A stretch of 64,000 bases of DNA from Octopus bimaculoides. Taxonomy: Eukaryota. The DNA lies in assembly GCF_001194135.2 (NCBI RefSeq), contig NC_068981.1:58378707-58442706 (forward strand), read 5' to 3'. The notes beneath the pieces were generated by a model. That model was not told where the DNA came from, did not search any database, and was given only the letters and a program-made list of their open reading frames with translations. Position numbers and translations under genes: made by a program. Shown here one piece after another: positions 1-14,290 of the stretch (position 1 is the first letter of the stretch; every line of letters starts with the position of its first letter).

Positions 1-268
1 TGTTTAGCTGCCGATGTTGGGTCCAATCAGCAGCTCCCAGCTCCTTTTGAACTTTGACAACAAAGGATCAGGCAACTTTCAGAAAGCAAGCTATCTCTTA
101 CACTATGCTATGCTTTTAAGATGATTACAGCCAGCCTTTTCATTTGCTGAATCAACCTGATATCTGACACTATTTATCTGAAAAGTGAGGTAAAAAGAAA
201 GTTAGAAGAAAGAGTGTCTGTTTGAAAGAAATGTACTCAAAAAAACCTGACACATCCTCTGTTTGTGT

Positions 269-269
<1 letters not shown>

Positions 270-313
<44 letters not shown>

Positions 314-380
314 TGCATGTGTGCACACATGCACGCACACACACATACACAATACACACACACACACACACACACACACA
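270..380. repeat. (TG)n-(CA)n inverted microsatellite with a perfect 26-bp palindromic core
   Basis: GCGTGCATGTGTG|CACACATGCACGC at 311-336. Confidence 0.9.
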
Positions 381-1239
381 AATATCAGTTTGCTCTAAAA
401 CAGAAAGCTCAGAGTAAACCTTCTGTTTTTAATAGGAGTTACACTAGAAACATATTTGTAGTAGTATAGCCTGGCACAAATCCAAATTATGTTATCCAGT
501 TTTACCTTATCCTATATTAATAATAATTCTAAGAACTCATTGGGGATAGTAACATCTTGTAGGAGCCTGCTAGCAATCTGAGTTGTTAAACAAATTATGA
601 TTCAGAAGTGTTACCTAAATTTATTTATTTAATTTGCTTTATCATTCTCAATTTGATCAACTCTACTGGCTGGCTCCACATTTACTGATCATTTTCACTT
701 TCTCTCTCCCATTTTCCCCTACTAGATGTGAGTTACCATGCAAATCTCTTTACAAGCACCTGTTCTACCAGCCACCCACCTCATAGTAATCCCCTCATCC
801 TCGAACAAGAAACTGACTTCCTGCACCCAGGGTTTGTAGACTTGTAAACTGCATGGTGACCTCAATAGTGCAAGTGACACAAGAAAAGCACTCAGTTCAT
901 GTTGCAAAGTGCTTGGTATTAGAAAGGACATCCAGCCATAAAAACCATGCCAAAGCATGATGGAGTTCTTGGAAACATTGGATCCTGTCAAACCATTCAA
1001 CCCATGCCAGCATGGAACAAGGATGTTGATGATGACAAGGAGTACATCCAAATTTTTTTCATAGGCTACTGAGAGTACTATGCAAAGCTCAACTTGATCT
1101 CTACTACAAATTCAACTGATCAGTGCAATGCTCACTAAACTGTATCTATATGAACAAAAAGGTTCACAAAATTTTTTCAGAGTTATTAAGGCAAAGGGGG
1201 GGGGGATTCTAATAATGTTTGTCAGTAAAGTTTGATAGG

Positions 1240-1525
1240 AGCCACATGCCAGAACCATGTAACAAGCGCCTGTGCCAAAGCCACGTAAGAAACACGCGTG
1301 CCAGAGCCACCTAAGAAACGCGCGTGCCAGAGTCATGTAAGAAACGCTCGTGCCAGAGCCACATAAGAAGCATCTAGAACACTTTATAAAGTGATTAGCA
1401 TTAGAAAGAGTATCCAGCCATAGAAACCAGGCCAAATCAGACTGGAACCAAGTTTGGCTCACCAGTTCTGGTCAAACCATCCAACTCCTGCCAGCATGGA
1501 AATCGAACATTAAATGATGATGACT
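1240..1525 (+). mobile_element. Degenerate RTE-3'UTR-derived short element with 26-bp internal minisatellite
   Basis: Five 26-bp units (gtgccagagccacgtaagaaacgcgc) followed by a decayed copy of the family 3' end (...ccagcatggaaatcgaacattaaatgatgatg). Confidence 0.7.
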
Positions 1526-3030
1526 TATGCCCTCTTGAAGTTTGTTTTGCACTCTACTATTCTTCAGCCACAGTAATTGTGCACACCAGCATACTTGACC
1601 ATTTCTATAATCCTCTTTGTTTTAGTTATAAGCTTCCAGACTGAAACATTTCACTGTCTACTTTCTGTAATTTGTTCTATTTGTAGTTAATTCTACCATT
1701 TCTGTTTGAAATTACATACCTTTCACTTTCTGAATGTTTATATTTCAAAAAATATAGTTGTATATATATATCAGTGGGTTTTATTTTAAATACATATAAT
1801 ACAGTCATAAAATGTGTAATCAACACAGAAAGAAATGAAAATAAGAATGATGGAGATTATTATACTGACAAATTTTTCCAGAGAAATCTTTGAACAAAGT
1901 TTCATTCATATGAGAGCTAATACTTAATATTGAAACAAGTCTAACCAAAACTAACTCCAGCATTTTGCTTATTCTTAACATATAGCTCACTCAATTCAAT
2001 GTTTTTTTTTTATGCATCTTTTCTTTACTGTTACATTGGCCTAATACTAAAAATACATTTGATTAGCAAGCTATTACTTTTGGTTGGTCTTTTTCTTCAT
2101 AGGCACACTATAAAAATATTAGAGTTTACATCAAAAGATTGTTTTTTTTTTTAAATGGGGGAAAAATACTGATCTGGAATCCAGTTTTTATGTTTTCTTC
2201 ATTGTTCAACTTCAATATTTACATAAACATCTCAGTCCATACATTCAGCAAGTGTTTCAAGGAACTATATTTCATTTTGTAACCATATTTCTAACAAATA
2301 CACTTATATTTTTAATTAATTTCAAAAATGTTTAACAAATGAATATTTAAAAAAACAACTACGATCGCTTTTAATAAACAGGTGTTTGCAATGTAACACA
2401 AGGGTCTTAAATAAAATTATCATAGGAAATTGTAATTTTGATAAGACCACAAAAAGGTAAAGGACTGTAAATAAGTACCTCCCTATTAACAATGGATGTG
2501 AGCTTAACTTAAGTTGTTAACTCCTTAATTATCAAGCTTATTTGTGGGCAGAAATTAGTTTGTGAAGATATACAATGAAGCTCATACGGATTTAGTCAAG
2601 AGGAAAACTTGTTATAGTAAAAACAATAATAAAAAAACTTTACCCACCCAACTGGTCAAGAAGTGAATTATTTACAATGTTAATTTTAAAGTAGTTTCTC
2701 TTTGGATGTAAAAAAGCATTATTATGACTATCTAGAACCGGTTTTGTTTGTAAACTTAGCTCACGTTTTTTTGTTTTTTTCCTGGGAAAAGACTATTTAT
2801 GTACTCCCACTAAACTATGGTCTAAAATAATTATTTATACAGGACAAATTCAGTTCCTTCTACTTTATGTAATTGCAATACATAGGACAGTATTCAAAAG
2901 CAATTTCAAGTGATAACAAAATGTCTTAATTAGAAACAAGATGGAAATTAAAAATAACTCTTGATAAATAATCGAAGCCAGGTAAAATATCAATTTCACA
3001 AGTGAACAGTTTCCTTTAATAAATTCTCAC

Positions 3031-3077
3031 CTGGTTGGAAGGTACAATCCAGTGCAAAAGCTGCCAAAAATTTCCAC
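3031..3077 (-). CDS. TENT4: TENT4-like poly(A) polymerase, coding exon 3 (nucleotidyltransferase GS motif)
   Basis: ttttag|VEIFGSFCTGLYLPT+AG|gtgag, 47 nt. Matches IFGSFxTGLYLPTS(DID). The next exon carrying DID was not found in 1-3030, so it presumably lies left of the window. Confidence 0.93.
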
Positions 3078-3567
3078 CTAAAATTAAAATAAATAATTTA
3101 AATAAAAATATTGCTTTTTTCTAATCATAAAACAAAAAATTAAAATTTCAAACCAATATTCTTGCAGGATGAAATATTGATTTGAGTTTTAAGATAAACA
3201 AATCAAAACTATTTGGCAGTCACCATCAATACTACAAATGCGAGAAAATTAATATTTTAGACTCGTAACAGGATATTTAATTTGTCACATATACGTTCAT
3301 AATAAAATAAAGAAATATACACCTAAAATATTTCAGTAAAGTTAATGAGAACTATATCTTTAAAATAGCAACTCAATGTTGAGAATTAAATTTCTTTCTT
3401 CCAAAAAGAAAAAGTATTACTCAAAAACAAGTAGCATGTTTCTCCAAGTTTTCAGTCATGAAAATAAATCTAGAAAGTAAAAATTATTACAATAGCCCTT
3501 TGTAGATAAATGCTTTGCAAATAGCTGTTAGCCCAACCCTGACTAGTTAATGTACTGTGCTCTACAT

Positions 3568-3974
3568 CAGAGGTTCCCAACCAATGGGTTGCAGACCAGT
3601 ACTGGGCCATGGATCATTTGGTACCAAGTCACATTTAAATCTTAATTCTATTTTATTGATTATCACAGTCTGTAGGGTGTTTTTGCATTATCATCATCAT
3701 CATCATCGTTTAACGCCCGCTTTCCATGCTAGCATGGGTTGGACGATTTGACTGAGGACTGGTGAAACCGGATGGCAACACCAGGCTCCAATCTAATTTG
3801 GCAGAGTTTCTACAGCTGGATGCCCTTCCTAATGCCAACCACTCAGAGAGTCATTATGTATAGTATATATATATAATAATTAAATTATATATCATGCACA
3901 TGATCCACTAGTTTGTGGGAAAATTTGTCTTGCATAAAACCAGTCTGCAGTGCAAAAAAGGTTGAAAACCCCTG
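3568..3974. mobile_element. hAT (Charlie-like) MITE with nested younger insertion
   Basis: Ends cagaggttcccaacc...ggttgaaaacccctg. Perfect 8-bp TSD CTCTACAT at 3560-3567 and 3975-3982. Confidence 0.85.
3690..3851 (-). mobile_element. Young 5'-truncated (GAT)n-tailed element (RTE LINE 3'UTR family) inside the hAT MITE
   Basis: Near-identical to the copies at 62448-62631 and 63826-64000. Confidence 0.9.
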
Positions 3975-4199
3975 CTCTACATGAACATAAAACTAGGCTT
4001 GATTCAATCTGCCCAGCTAACAAAAAATTTAACTTATACACCTTGTTTGAATGGATAATGCTGAAAATGGAAAATACATTTATCCTCTTATTGTTCTTGA
4101 TTATTCTGATAAAGGTTCACAAATGCCAAGTGGTAGTGTTAAGTTGACCAGCCAACAACAGATACTGTCCATGGTAGAATACACTTACACAAAGTGGAA

Positions 4200-4595
4200 A
4201 TTCTAATTGTGACCGATGCCAGTGCCGCCTGACTGGCTCCTGTGCTGGTGGCATGCAATAAGCACCATTCATGCAAGCGCCAACAGCACATAAAAAGCAC
4301 CATCCGGACACGATCAATGCTAGCCCCCACCCTGACTGGCTCCTGTGCTGGTAGCACATAAAAAGCATCATCTAAACGTGTCCAATGTCAGTGCCACCTG
4401 ACTGACTCCAATGCCGGTGGCATGTAAAAAGCACCCCCTACACTCTCGGAGTGGTTGGTGTTAGGAAGAACATCCAGATTAGAAACATTGCCAGATCAGA
4501 TTGGAGCCTGGTGCAGCCTCCTGGCTTGCCAGTCCCCAGTCAGACTGTCCAACCCATGCCAGCATGGAAAACGGACATTAAACGATGATGATGAT
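4200..4595 (+). mobile_element. (GAT)n-tailed RTE 3'UTR-family element with 3-4 dual-hairpin units
   Basis: Repeated gccagtgccgcctgactggc..gtgc.ggtggcac..aaaagcacc units, then the family 3' end and gatgatgatgat tail. Confidence 0.85.
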
Positions 4596-5199
4596 GGAGA
4601 CCACTGGTGGAGATGAATCAGCCATGACCAAGAAAAAAATAAAATTTCTCATTGATCAAACATTGTCAATACAACCAAGTTAATCCTAGAGGCTCATGGC
4701 GTAATAAATGACAATTCCTGTAAATCAAAAAGAGCTATCTCTAAGCAGTTCAAGGTGAAAGAATGCACTATCAGATGTGTAATACATGAGGACATCAAGT
4801 ATGAGCCCTACATGATAGGAGAGGGAAGTTCATATTCTGTAAGGCTAGGAAAACTGTGATTATGTGACTCAACATCATACGGTTCCCTAGTTCTCCCAAT
4901 TTGAACACCGCAAAACTACTGTGTCAGGGTTGCAGAGATTCATGAACTGATTGCAGCCTGCCATTGTGAGCATGGTTGCCAGCATGGAGTAGAGGACATC
5001 TGACATAATATACAGTTACTTCTATGGTCACATCAGCATGATCACTGCAGTTACAGGTATTTTTGTTGAATGGCATGTTTCTTTGGTATATCTAGTTGAA
5101 CACGTACTATTTTTCTGCAAGAATTTGTTTTTCTTATACTTGTTTTAGTCATTGGACAGCAATCATACTGGAGCAATTCCTTGAAGAACTTAGTCAATC

Positions 5200-5907
<708 letters not shown>

Positions 5908-8199
5908 TTACATGTGACTTGACTCATCATCAAAACAGTAGAAGCTTCCATTGTAATTGTTTTATTGACTTCAAAATTAAAACTAGTTATTTAGAGGAGT
6001 TTTGAACCTGAAAATACATCTCCTTGCTGAGCCATCCATTCTACAAGAAAATTTCACAGATATCTCCCTCAAATCATATCCAGCCATATCTTTATAAAGT
6101 AGGATACACTGGACAGTGAAGTCATAGATATTCAAAAAGACAGGGTGGTTATGGCTCTTTTTTTTTTTTTTTTTAAATTAAAAAATACTCATTGATGATA
6201 AATCAGTAATGCCTGATAAAACTGCATTTATGAACCTCTTAACATAAATCATAAACAGATCTAGCTTCATGGAAGATTCAAGGCCATTTATAATGGTCTC
6301 CTTATAAGTTAGGGAATATTTGTTAGAAATGTACCAAACAGTTGTATACTTCCAGGAAAGGAGTTAATTTTATGAGCAACTCCTGAGATGAAGAGATTTG
6401 AGAGCAATCACAGTGTATGATTTAGTAACTTTATTACTAAAAGAGATTTGGCAAAGATAGGCTATTCCTTTGTGTTCAGAGGTAGAAGCAAAATCAGGAA
6501 GCAGTAGAGATTAATTGAACCCAGGAGAGTTTCTCTCAATAGATTTAATAGCAGATAAACAAACTAGATTATGGATATAATGTGTATTCAAACATGCAGT
6601 GTGAACTTGTCTTAAGGAAAGTATTTATTTATTTACACGTTTTGATTCTTTTGAAATATATATATGAAAGGCATGACAGAAGGTGCTTTGTCAAAATCTG
6701 ACTGATGCAAGCAAAAAAAAACAAAAAACAAAAATAATAGTGTGCATGAATAGCTTCCTCCTTACCCAGCACATGATACACAATTTTGTTTTGTAATAAA
6801 AATTTGTTTAAAAATAAATAATTGGAAAAAATTCTACATTGAATCAAATCAATATATATCTTAATAACATTAATTTTAGTTATTTAATTAAACAAAATGT
6901 TAACCTTCAAAACTTAACCATTTAAAAATTTCCCATAGATAGTAAAATTAAGAATAATTACATGAATAAAAAAACAAATTGAAAATAAATTTACACATTT
7001 CACATTACGATTTAATATTAGTAGCATATGCAAAAAAATATGTACATAAAAATAGCTGTTTTCAAGCCATACTGTTACAATAGTTCTTAGCTTATATTAC
7101 CTCATGTGAGTAGTTGTCATAGGGATAAAAGAAAAACATTACATAGTAAGTAGGTGGTTATATTTCACTCCTATGAGTATGATATCAATGTGTAGAGATA
7201 GAGGGTTAGGATAAACACATTCCAGAACTAGTAATTAAAGAAGTATTGCCTAAAATGGCCAGTTCATCTAGTAGTCTGAAGGTAGGAAGAACAAGAGTAT
7301 AAACAGTGGTTCAGCAACTGGCAGCAGTTAGGTGGGTATAGCTAGACTAAGCATTAGAGAATTTTTCATGATAGAAGTAAATACATATAACAAATAACAT
7401 AAAAATCATTTTAGGGGTCACTAGTGGAAATCTAAAAGATTTCAATAAAACACACACACACACTAGGCATTGGCCCAAAGAAAAAATATATAAAAATAAT
7501 AGAAACATGATATAGGAAAACATATTCTTACAACCTCATTACAACATATGATGTAGTGATTAAACAAGCAGTCACGAAATCAAAATCCACTTTGCCGACA
7601 ATGCTCTTTAGATGGCATTCTATTTAAACTTTTCAACCAGTAAATAGTCAATAGAAACCTTTAGCACAAAAGTAATAAGCTTTCTCTCTTCCTCCTCCAC
7701 AAAAAAAAAACATTGTAATAGCCAACAAGGAAGCTTCTTACACTGTAACTTGATATGCTAGAGACAGCAGCCAACTCTACCTCAAATCATATCCTACCAC
7801 CTAAAGAAAGAAGATGCATTCCTAGAAATATTGCATCTAAAAAAAGATAAAAATAAAATACCCACAACTGGAATGCCTTTGATCAAAGGTCTGTTTGATC
7901 ATAGTTGACCTAATACTAAACAACATGGTAAATGCTTGAAAATACACAACTTATTCAGTTTCATTTATTATTCGAAAATCTCAGTAAGCTAAATTAATCT
8001 ACTGAATCTATCTTTTACCAACAAAGATTTTATACATGAAGCTATTAATTATGTATTGCAGGTGAAGGCTTGAAATTACCTAAAACTATACCAACTAGCA
8101 GGAAAACTACCCAAAATGCAGGCTTCGGATGGTCATTATGTTAAGGATATATACATACAGAGATACATATACATTCACACACACAGGCATAACTATCAT

Positions 8200-8465
8200 T
8201 AAGAACACTGCTTTGCCAGCACGTGGTTTTGGGTATACACACGTGTGTATTTTTGTGTCACCCACCTTATCCTTTGACAACTGATATTAGTTTGTTTACA
8301 TCCCTGTAACTTAGCAGTTCAGCAAAAAGACCCAACAGAATAAGTACCAGGCTTTACAAAAAAAAAGGAAAAAAACTAAGTATTGGGGTCAATCTGTTCA
8401 AATAAAATTCTTTAAGGTGCTACTCCAGCATAGCCACAGTCTGTGACTAAAACAAGGTAAAAAGA
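8200..8465 (+). mobile_element. tRNA-derived SINE, decayed partial copy
   Basis: ctttgacaactgat...tccctgtaacttagcagttcagcaaaa...aagtaccagg...ccagcatagccacagtc, shared with other copies. Confidence 0.65.
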
Positions 8466-9164
8466 CCTATATACATGCATTCATGTGTGTGTGTGCATGC
8501 ATATAGCTGGGGCTACAGGTTAAACTTACTGGTACTTTCCATAATTTCAAAGAGTGGTGTGCGTGTGTAGGAGTATTTATCTCAAATTATATTATGGTTG
8601 TTGTTAAATAGTTCCAAATCAGTTATGGCTGAAAAACCAATGCAAAGCAATCTAGTTGTACCTAGCTTATTTGTAACTGTTCAATATAGCCTATATTTAA
8701 GAGTGTGACTTGTGAGAGTTCGACTATTATTTTCAGCAGGTTGAGTGACAACCGAGTTGTGCATGTTTACTAAATTCTGCTATGTCTAATGCTTTTAAAA
8801 GTACTTCGTGCTAAAAAGTTTTTGCAAAAAAACAGTGTTTCCAAAAAAAAGCTCCAAAACATCTGTTCTATTATGTCAATATATAGATGTCAGCAAATTT
8901 AAAACATGTATAAGTGTAAAATTATATAAAACCTCTATCATTAATTACTTTTTAATTAAGAATGAGATTTTTCTTCAATTTGTTATTCGACATTTTCTTC
9001 TGAATTAGTAAATGTGTGTATGTGTGCTTTTCTTTCTTCATTTGCAGTCAGTTATTGCAACTATGACAGTTCATTGCTATGGCATGACTTGATAAGTTTT
9101 ATCCATACTAGGAAAAGATAAACTTACTAGGAAATGGATGCATGGCATTCAATTAAATAATAAT

Positions 9165-9203
<39 letters not shown>

Positions 9204-9229
9204 CAGGACATCAACTGCGTAAACAACAT

Positions 9230-11390
9230 GAAGTATGGAAACAAACAAGTTAAATACGCAAACAATGAGAGAGAAATGGAAATCAGAGCAAGTAACACAG
9301 AGAATGATCCTTCATCAGTTGTCGGCTGTCTGCCATTTACTCTGATCAATTCCATTCCACTTCATATTCCTTTTTGCAGCATCTTTGAATCTCAGTCTAG
9401 GTCTTCTACAGTTTCTTTTCCCTTTGCATAGTTGGGAGTAAAGAAGTTGTCTGGGGAAGCTGTCGTTGTCCATCCTGTGTACATATCTCAGCCAAAGTAA
9501 ATTTCCATCAACAAGAATTTCAATCACATCACATAGGAGGATCTCTTCATACCTGGTCTTATTAAACAGAGTGATATTCATAATTTGTCACAGCTGTCTC
9601 ATCATATATACATGCAACTTGAGTTTTATAGTCTGTCCAGATTTCAGCTCCATACAGCAGAGGAGAAAGCACTACAGCCTGGTATACCTTACAGTTAATT
9701 TGTATAGAACCTGACTATTTTTCCACAGCCTCTCCTGTATCCTGCCAAATGAAGCACTAGCTTAGCTCACTCTGTATGCATTAGCTGAGATGGTGCTGCC
9801 TAGTGCTTGAATGCTTTGCACTGGACCAGCCCTTCATGTCTAATAGTGATGTTTTCTCCCAATACAGAGATAGGTAGGTAGGTTTTCCACAGGTTGGTAC
9901 AGGTATTTGGTTTTTCTGATGTTAATCTTTAAGCTGAATTGCTGTGCAGCTCTGGTAAAGCTATCTACAAATTTCTGCATATTTTCAGCACTGGCAACCA
10001 GTACACTATCATCAGTGAACAGCATCTCTCATACAAGTATTTCATAGTGCATGTCTTTGCTTTATACTGTGCAACATTGAACAGACCAGTATTATGCTGT
10101 GTCTAGATGTAAATCCTACCGCCTCCAACTCATACAAAGGCAACTTTCAACATTGCTGTGAAATTGAGGGAGAACAGTGCTGGAGCAAATACACACCCTT
10201 GATTAATTCCATTTGTCATCACAAACTCGTGTGAGGCATTACTATCTACATGCCAGCATTCCTTCATTTAGGGACCTGACCAAGTAGATGAACCTTCAAG
10301 AACATCAATATTTAAGAAACCACCGGAAGTCCACAATGGGGAACTGTGTTGAAAGCCTCTGTGAAGCCTAATAACACTGCAAACATAGACATGTTCAGCT
10401 GACTGCATTTTTCCTGAATTTGGGAAAGACAGAAGATTATGTCCACAGTACTTCTACTGCCTGGGAAACCACACTGAGTCTCAAGTAAGACATTTGGACA
10501 AATATATTCATTTAGGCTGTATAATAAAATATGAGCCAAGATCTTCTCGGCTATTGATAGAAGAGAGATACCTCAATAGTTTCCATAGCTCACACTACTA
10601 CCCATTTTCAAGACAGTATCAATGCTGCCATCTTTTCAGTCTTCTGGAACCATTTCCATCTCCCAGAACTGGAGCATAATGCTATACAGGCTATCAATAA
10701 GCTTCAGACCTCCATACTTCCAGATTTCAGTTGGTATGCCAGCTCTGCAAGGTGCTTTCATTTGTTTGACTGCATTATTGAATTCTTTGTAAAAAAGTTT
10801 GTCATCTAAGAATCAGATGGTTGGCTGCTGTGCAATCTTCTCAAGAGCAGTATAATTCACAACACCCATAACTTAACAGCTCAGCAAAAAAACCCATAGA
10901 ATAAATACCAGGGTTGTGCAGACTTTTAAGCTAGCTCCTCGGAGGTCTAATTGGGCCTGTGGCCCCAAACTAATGAGAGCTAAATAGCATGACCATAATA
11001 AATCTATAATGACTATACGTCCCGGTGGTGTTTGATCAGAGGTTAAGGACAAATGAGAAATAATTCTGTAATGCAATCATTCTTTGTTTCAGTCCCAAGT
11101 GGAATTCCAACTGTTGGTCAATTTGTCCCAAAGTTCTTATCTCAATGGTAAATTAATGAAGTGAATGTCATTTATCTTCCCCTTCATCTCTGACATCGCT
11201 AAGCTTTTCCTGCTAGGAATAGCAACCAAAATGCTTTTAAATCAGATCCCAATGCTGTATGTTTGAGAACCAAATGAACGGCAGATTTTCACTTCCAGGG
11301 TCGTCCTAATTCCAAAAAGGTATAATATGTCTATGCAGAGCAAATGTAGGCTGAGATACATGGGTCCCAGTCAGACAGAATTTCGTTTTT
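9230..11390 (-). mobile_element. RTE (BovB-like) LINE relic, EN-RT-C-terminus with deletions
   Basis: Broken frames with QCGFPGSRSTVDIIF, FTEAFNTV, LFTDDSVLVA, YKVYQAVV-like, LRWLRYVHRMD..FPRQLLY, RRPRLRFKD. Confidence 0.85.
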
Positions 11391-12259
11391 ATTATATATA
11401 TATATATATATNNNNNNNNNNCATTAAAAGTCAGTTTCAATCTTGCTTGCTTGTAACGTTAATCAGTGAAACTGGTGCATAATGGGGAAAATAACATTAA
11501 ATTTACCCTGAAATGTTAATACGAACCAAATGAAACAACTTTCGCGTAAATTGCTAGTTTTCAAGATAGATTTTCAGGGTATAAATACCCAAAATGGTGC
11601 ATGATGGGGAAAATGTTACAAAAATAATGTTCATCCTCAAAGGGAATAAAACTTTTTTTTTTTTCAATTTCTATTTTTGCTTTTATCAAACAATATTTTA
11701 ATCATTTAGAAATATTTTTAAGTGAATGTGATTTCAAAAATGTAAGATGTTTGGATAGTAAGTATTTATATTTTAGCTTTCTTTAAACAGACAATATTTA
11801 AATGCATTTTTAAATTATTTTCAAGTGAATATCATTACAAAAATTTTTGGCATATTTAAAAAATATTTTAAAGTGAAAATGACTTTAAAAATATGGTAAA
11901 TATTTCATAAAAGACCCATTCGTAACCTCAGTGTGAAATAATGTTTTTCCATTGGTTTTTGCAAGTGCATTCAACATATCTCACCTCCAAAGAATTGGCT
12001 GTTATTTCTAGCACTCCCTGCTATCACATAACAGTTATTTGCAATAAAGGACCTGAAATACCTGTTACACGGTAGCAGAGCATGCTAGAAATAGCAACCA
12101 AATCTTTCCTTTTCTGGGGAAAGGAGCCGTTTATGCATGATTTCGATGTCACATTTGTTGAAAGCATCGAAATAACCTGGAAAAGAAAACAACCCACAGA
12201 ACAAAACTCTTGCTGTGAAACTTAGACTTTCTCGGTGACCCAAGGGGTCACAGGTGGTG

Positions 12260-12298
<39 letters not shown>

Positions 12299-13574
12299 CA
12301 CACTTAGACATATATATAATTACCGGTAATAGCAAAGTTATACAGGTAAGTGGAGGAATTAAAACATTATTTCAGTGGTAATTTATTTTAAAAAAGTATG
12401 GCCTAGGCTCGGATGCATCCTATGCACTCGTACATCTTATAGGCCATCAAACACAGTATATAAACAAACACAATCATCATCATTAATATATTGTAATAAT
12501 TTTTTCACGTGAAAAGAGAAACTGTTAGTGCAATCTAGTCAAATAAGAAAAGAGACTGGTTGCAAAAAGTACTTTGTGAAAAATAATGTTACACACTTCT
12601 CATTGGGCGTACAGTAAATTTCACAGGAATATTTAATGCTTCTATTCTAAGAAAGCTAAACTCATATGATCTCAATATTCAAATAATTAAGTCAGCCTAA
12701 ATATATTGATAGTTCAAGTTTCCAGTTATGGCTTTAAACACAGTCCATAAAATTCTACGTATTGAAAAGAACTGATAAAGTGCTGATATTCTTATTTGAA
12801 GAGAATACTTCATTAATGTGTGATTAATATCAATCAAGCTACATAAAGAGCAAATGATGTAACTTGGTCACAATTAATAGTAAGTACTGTTTAAGCATAT
12901 ATACTAATTATAGTTTAATGTATAAAAATTACATTACCATTAGGTTCAATCACTTTTTGACTTGAAATGTCAACTTACAGATGTTCAACATGAACATAAA
13001 ATGTATTAAGCCCAACCAGTCAAAGAGCTAAACCACAAAAAAACAAAAATTTCAAATTTCAGGGCAAATACTTTTTAAATGTATTTCATGATGATGAAAA
13101 GTCATTTGGGGCAGACACTTTGTGTTAGGAAGGTAGATTTCATAAACATAACTGTGGATACAAATGAGACTACACTAGAGTAAATTTGTTGCTGTGAAGG
13201 ATAAGAGAGAGAGTGAGTAGCAGTATGAACTTTTCTTCAATATTGATACTGCTAGTAAAGCTTTTCAAATTAAGACAGGTGAATATGATAATACCACAAA
13301 ATTGATAAAGATGCAACAGGAAAGAAACCAAAAAGCATGGCATACATTGAAGAGTGTCAAGAACATGTGTGTTGAACATTTGATTTCCTTTTGTTCATTT
13401 GCAAATATTTCATTTGTCACTTGGCCTAACTGGGTACTGTCTACGAATTTCATACTACATTATTTAAACAACATTGTACAACTTACTAAGAAGTAGCTTA
13501 ATGAATTTCCAGATTTATGATTTGATTAGCTTGTGTTCCCTCAAACAAAATTTTTAAGAATTATTTTTAATAGC

Positions 13575-13840
13575 CCTGAGCCAACCAAGGTCTTGTGAGT
13601 AGATATGATAAACAGGAACTGAAAGAAGCCTACCGTGTGTGTGTGTGTGTGTGTGTCTTTATGTTTGTGCCCCACCAGTATTTGACAACCACTGTTGGTT
13701 TGTTTACATCCCCATAACTTAACGCCTCAGCAAAAAAAAACTGACAGAATAAGTACTATGGTTGATTCATTCAACTAAAACCTTTCAAGATGCTGCCTTA
13801 GCATTACAGCAGTCCAATGACTGAAACAAGATAAAATAAA
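13575..13840 (+). mobile_element. tRNA-derived SINE, partial
   Basis: gccaaccaaggtcttgtgagt...gaaagaagcc(tg)n...ttgacaacc...ataagtact...cagcattacagcagtcc. Confidence 0.7.
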
Positions 13841-13859
13841 TGTAAGCATTTTGGAGAGA

Positions 13860-14290
13860 ATATTTCTAATATCTGGATTCATGTCAACAATCTCTGGAGT
13901 CTGGGATCTCCAGCTAAACTGATTGCTGTTAATAGTCATCAATCTGAAGCCATATGATGGATTCCTCAGGATAAAATCCACCACCAGCAGATGTCTTAGA
14001 TGTAGCATTAGAACCATTAAAAAAAAGTCTCTTAGTGCAACCACATCATGAATGAATTCATGGAGTGGGATGAGATGAATAACTCAAGAAATGCAACTGG
14101 TATAAAACAAAGGAAGACGCTCAACCATGTGCTACATTTACCCATGGAGAGACCAGTGTGAGCCTCTCTTGAAAATCAAAAGCAGAGAGGTGAATGTGTA
14201 AGAGGCAAGGCAGACTTACCAAGAACTGGTGGAAGACTGAGCCCTGGTAGATGTGGACTTGGCCCAAGAGTAGACTCATGACAGCTAGCT
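13860..14290 (+). mobile_element. RTE LINE C-terminal fragment
   Basis: NHVLHLPMERP..ASL and KRQGR..K.WWKT-like motifs in broken frames. Confidence 0.55.

Noticed and set aside
170-469. Cys-Val and His-Thr repeat ORFs (also near 15933-16261, 16936, 19824, 22042)
   Set aside because: Translations of (TG)n/(CA)n/(AT)n microsatellites; no splice or homology support.
3031-3077. Cys in the GSFxTG motif of TENT4
   Set aside because: This position already varies between paralogues (K in TENT4B, S in TENT4A), so it is not evidence of altered catalysis.
4200-4430. Repeat-spacer-like pattern suggestive of a CRISPR array (also 53706-53885, 62270-62460)
   Set aside because: Eukaryotic intronic context, no cas genes, spacers are related to one another, and the units belong to a LINE 3'UTR.
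11700-11900. Three degenerate ~30-bp repeats (atattttaagtgaa..at.caaaa)
   Set aside because: Very AT-rich, irregularly spaced, with no termini or TSD; cannot be separated from chance or old transposon debris.
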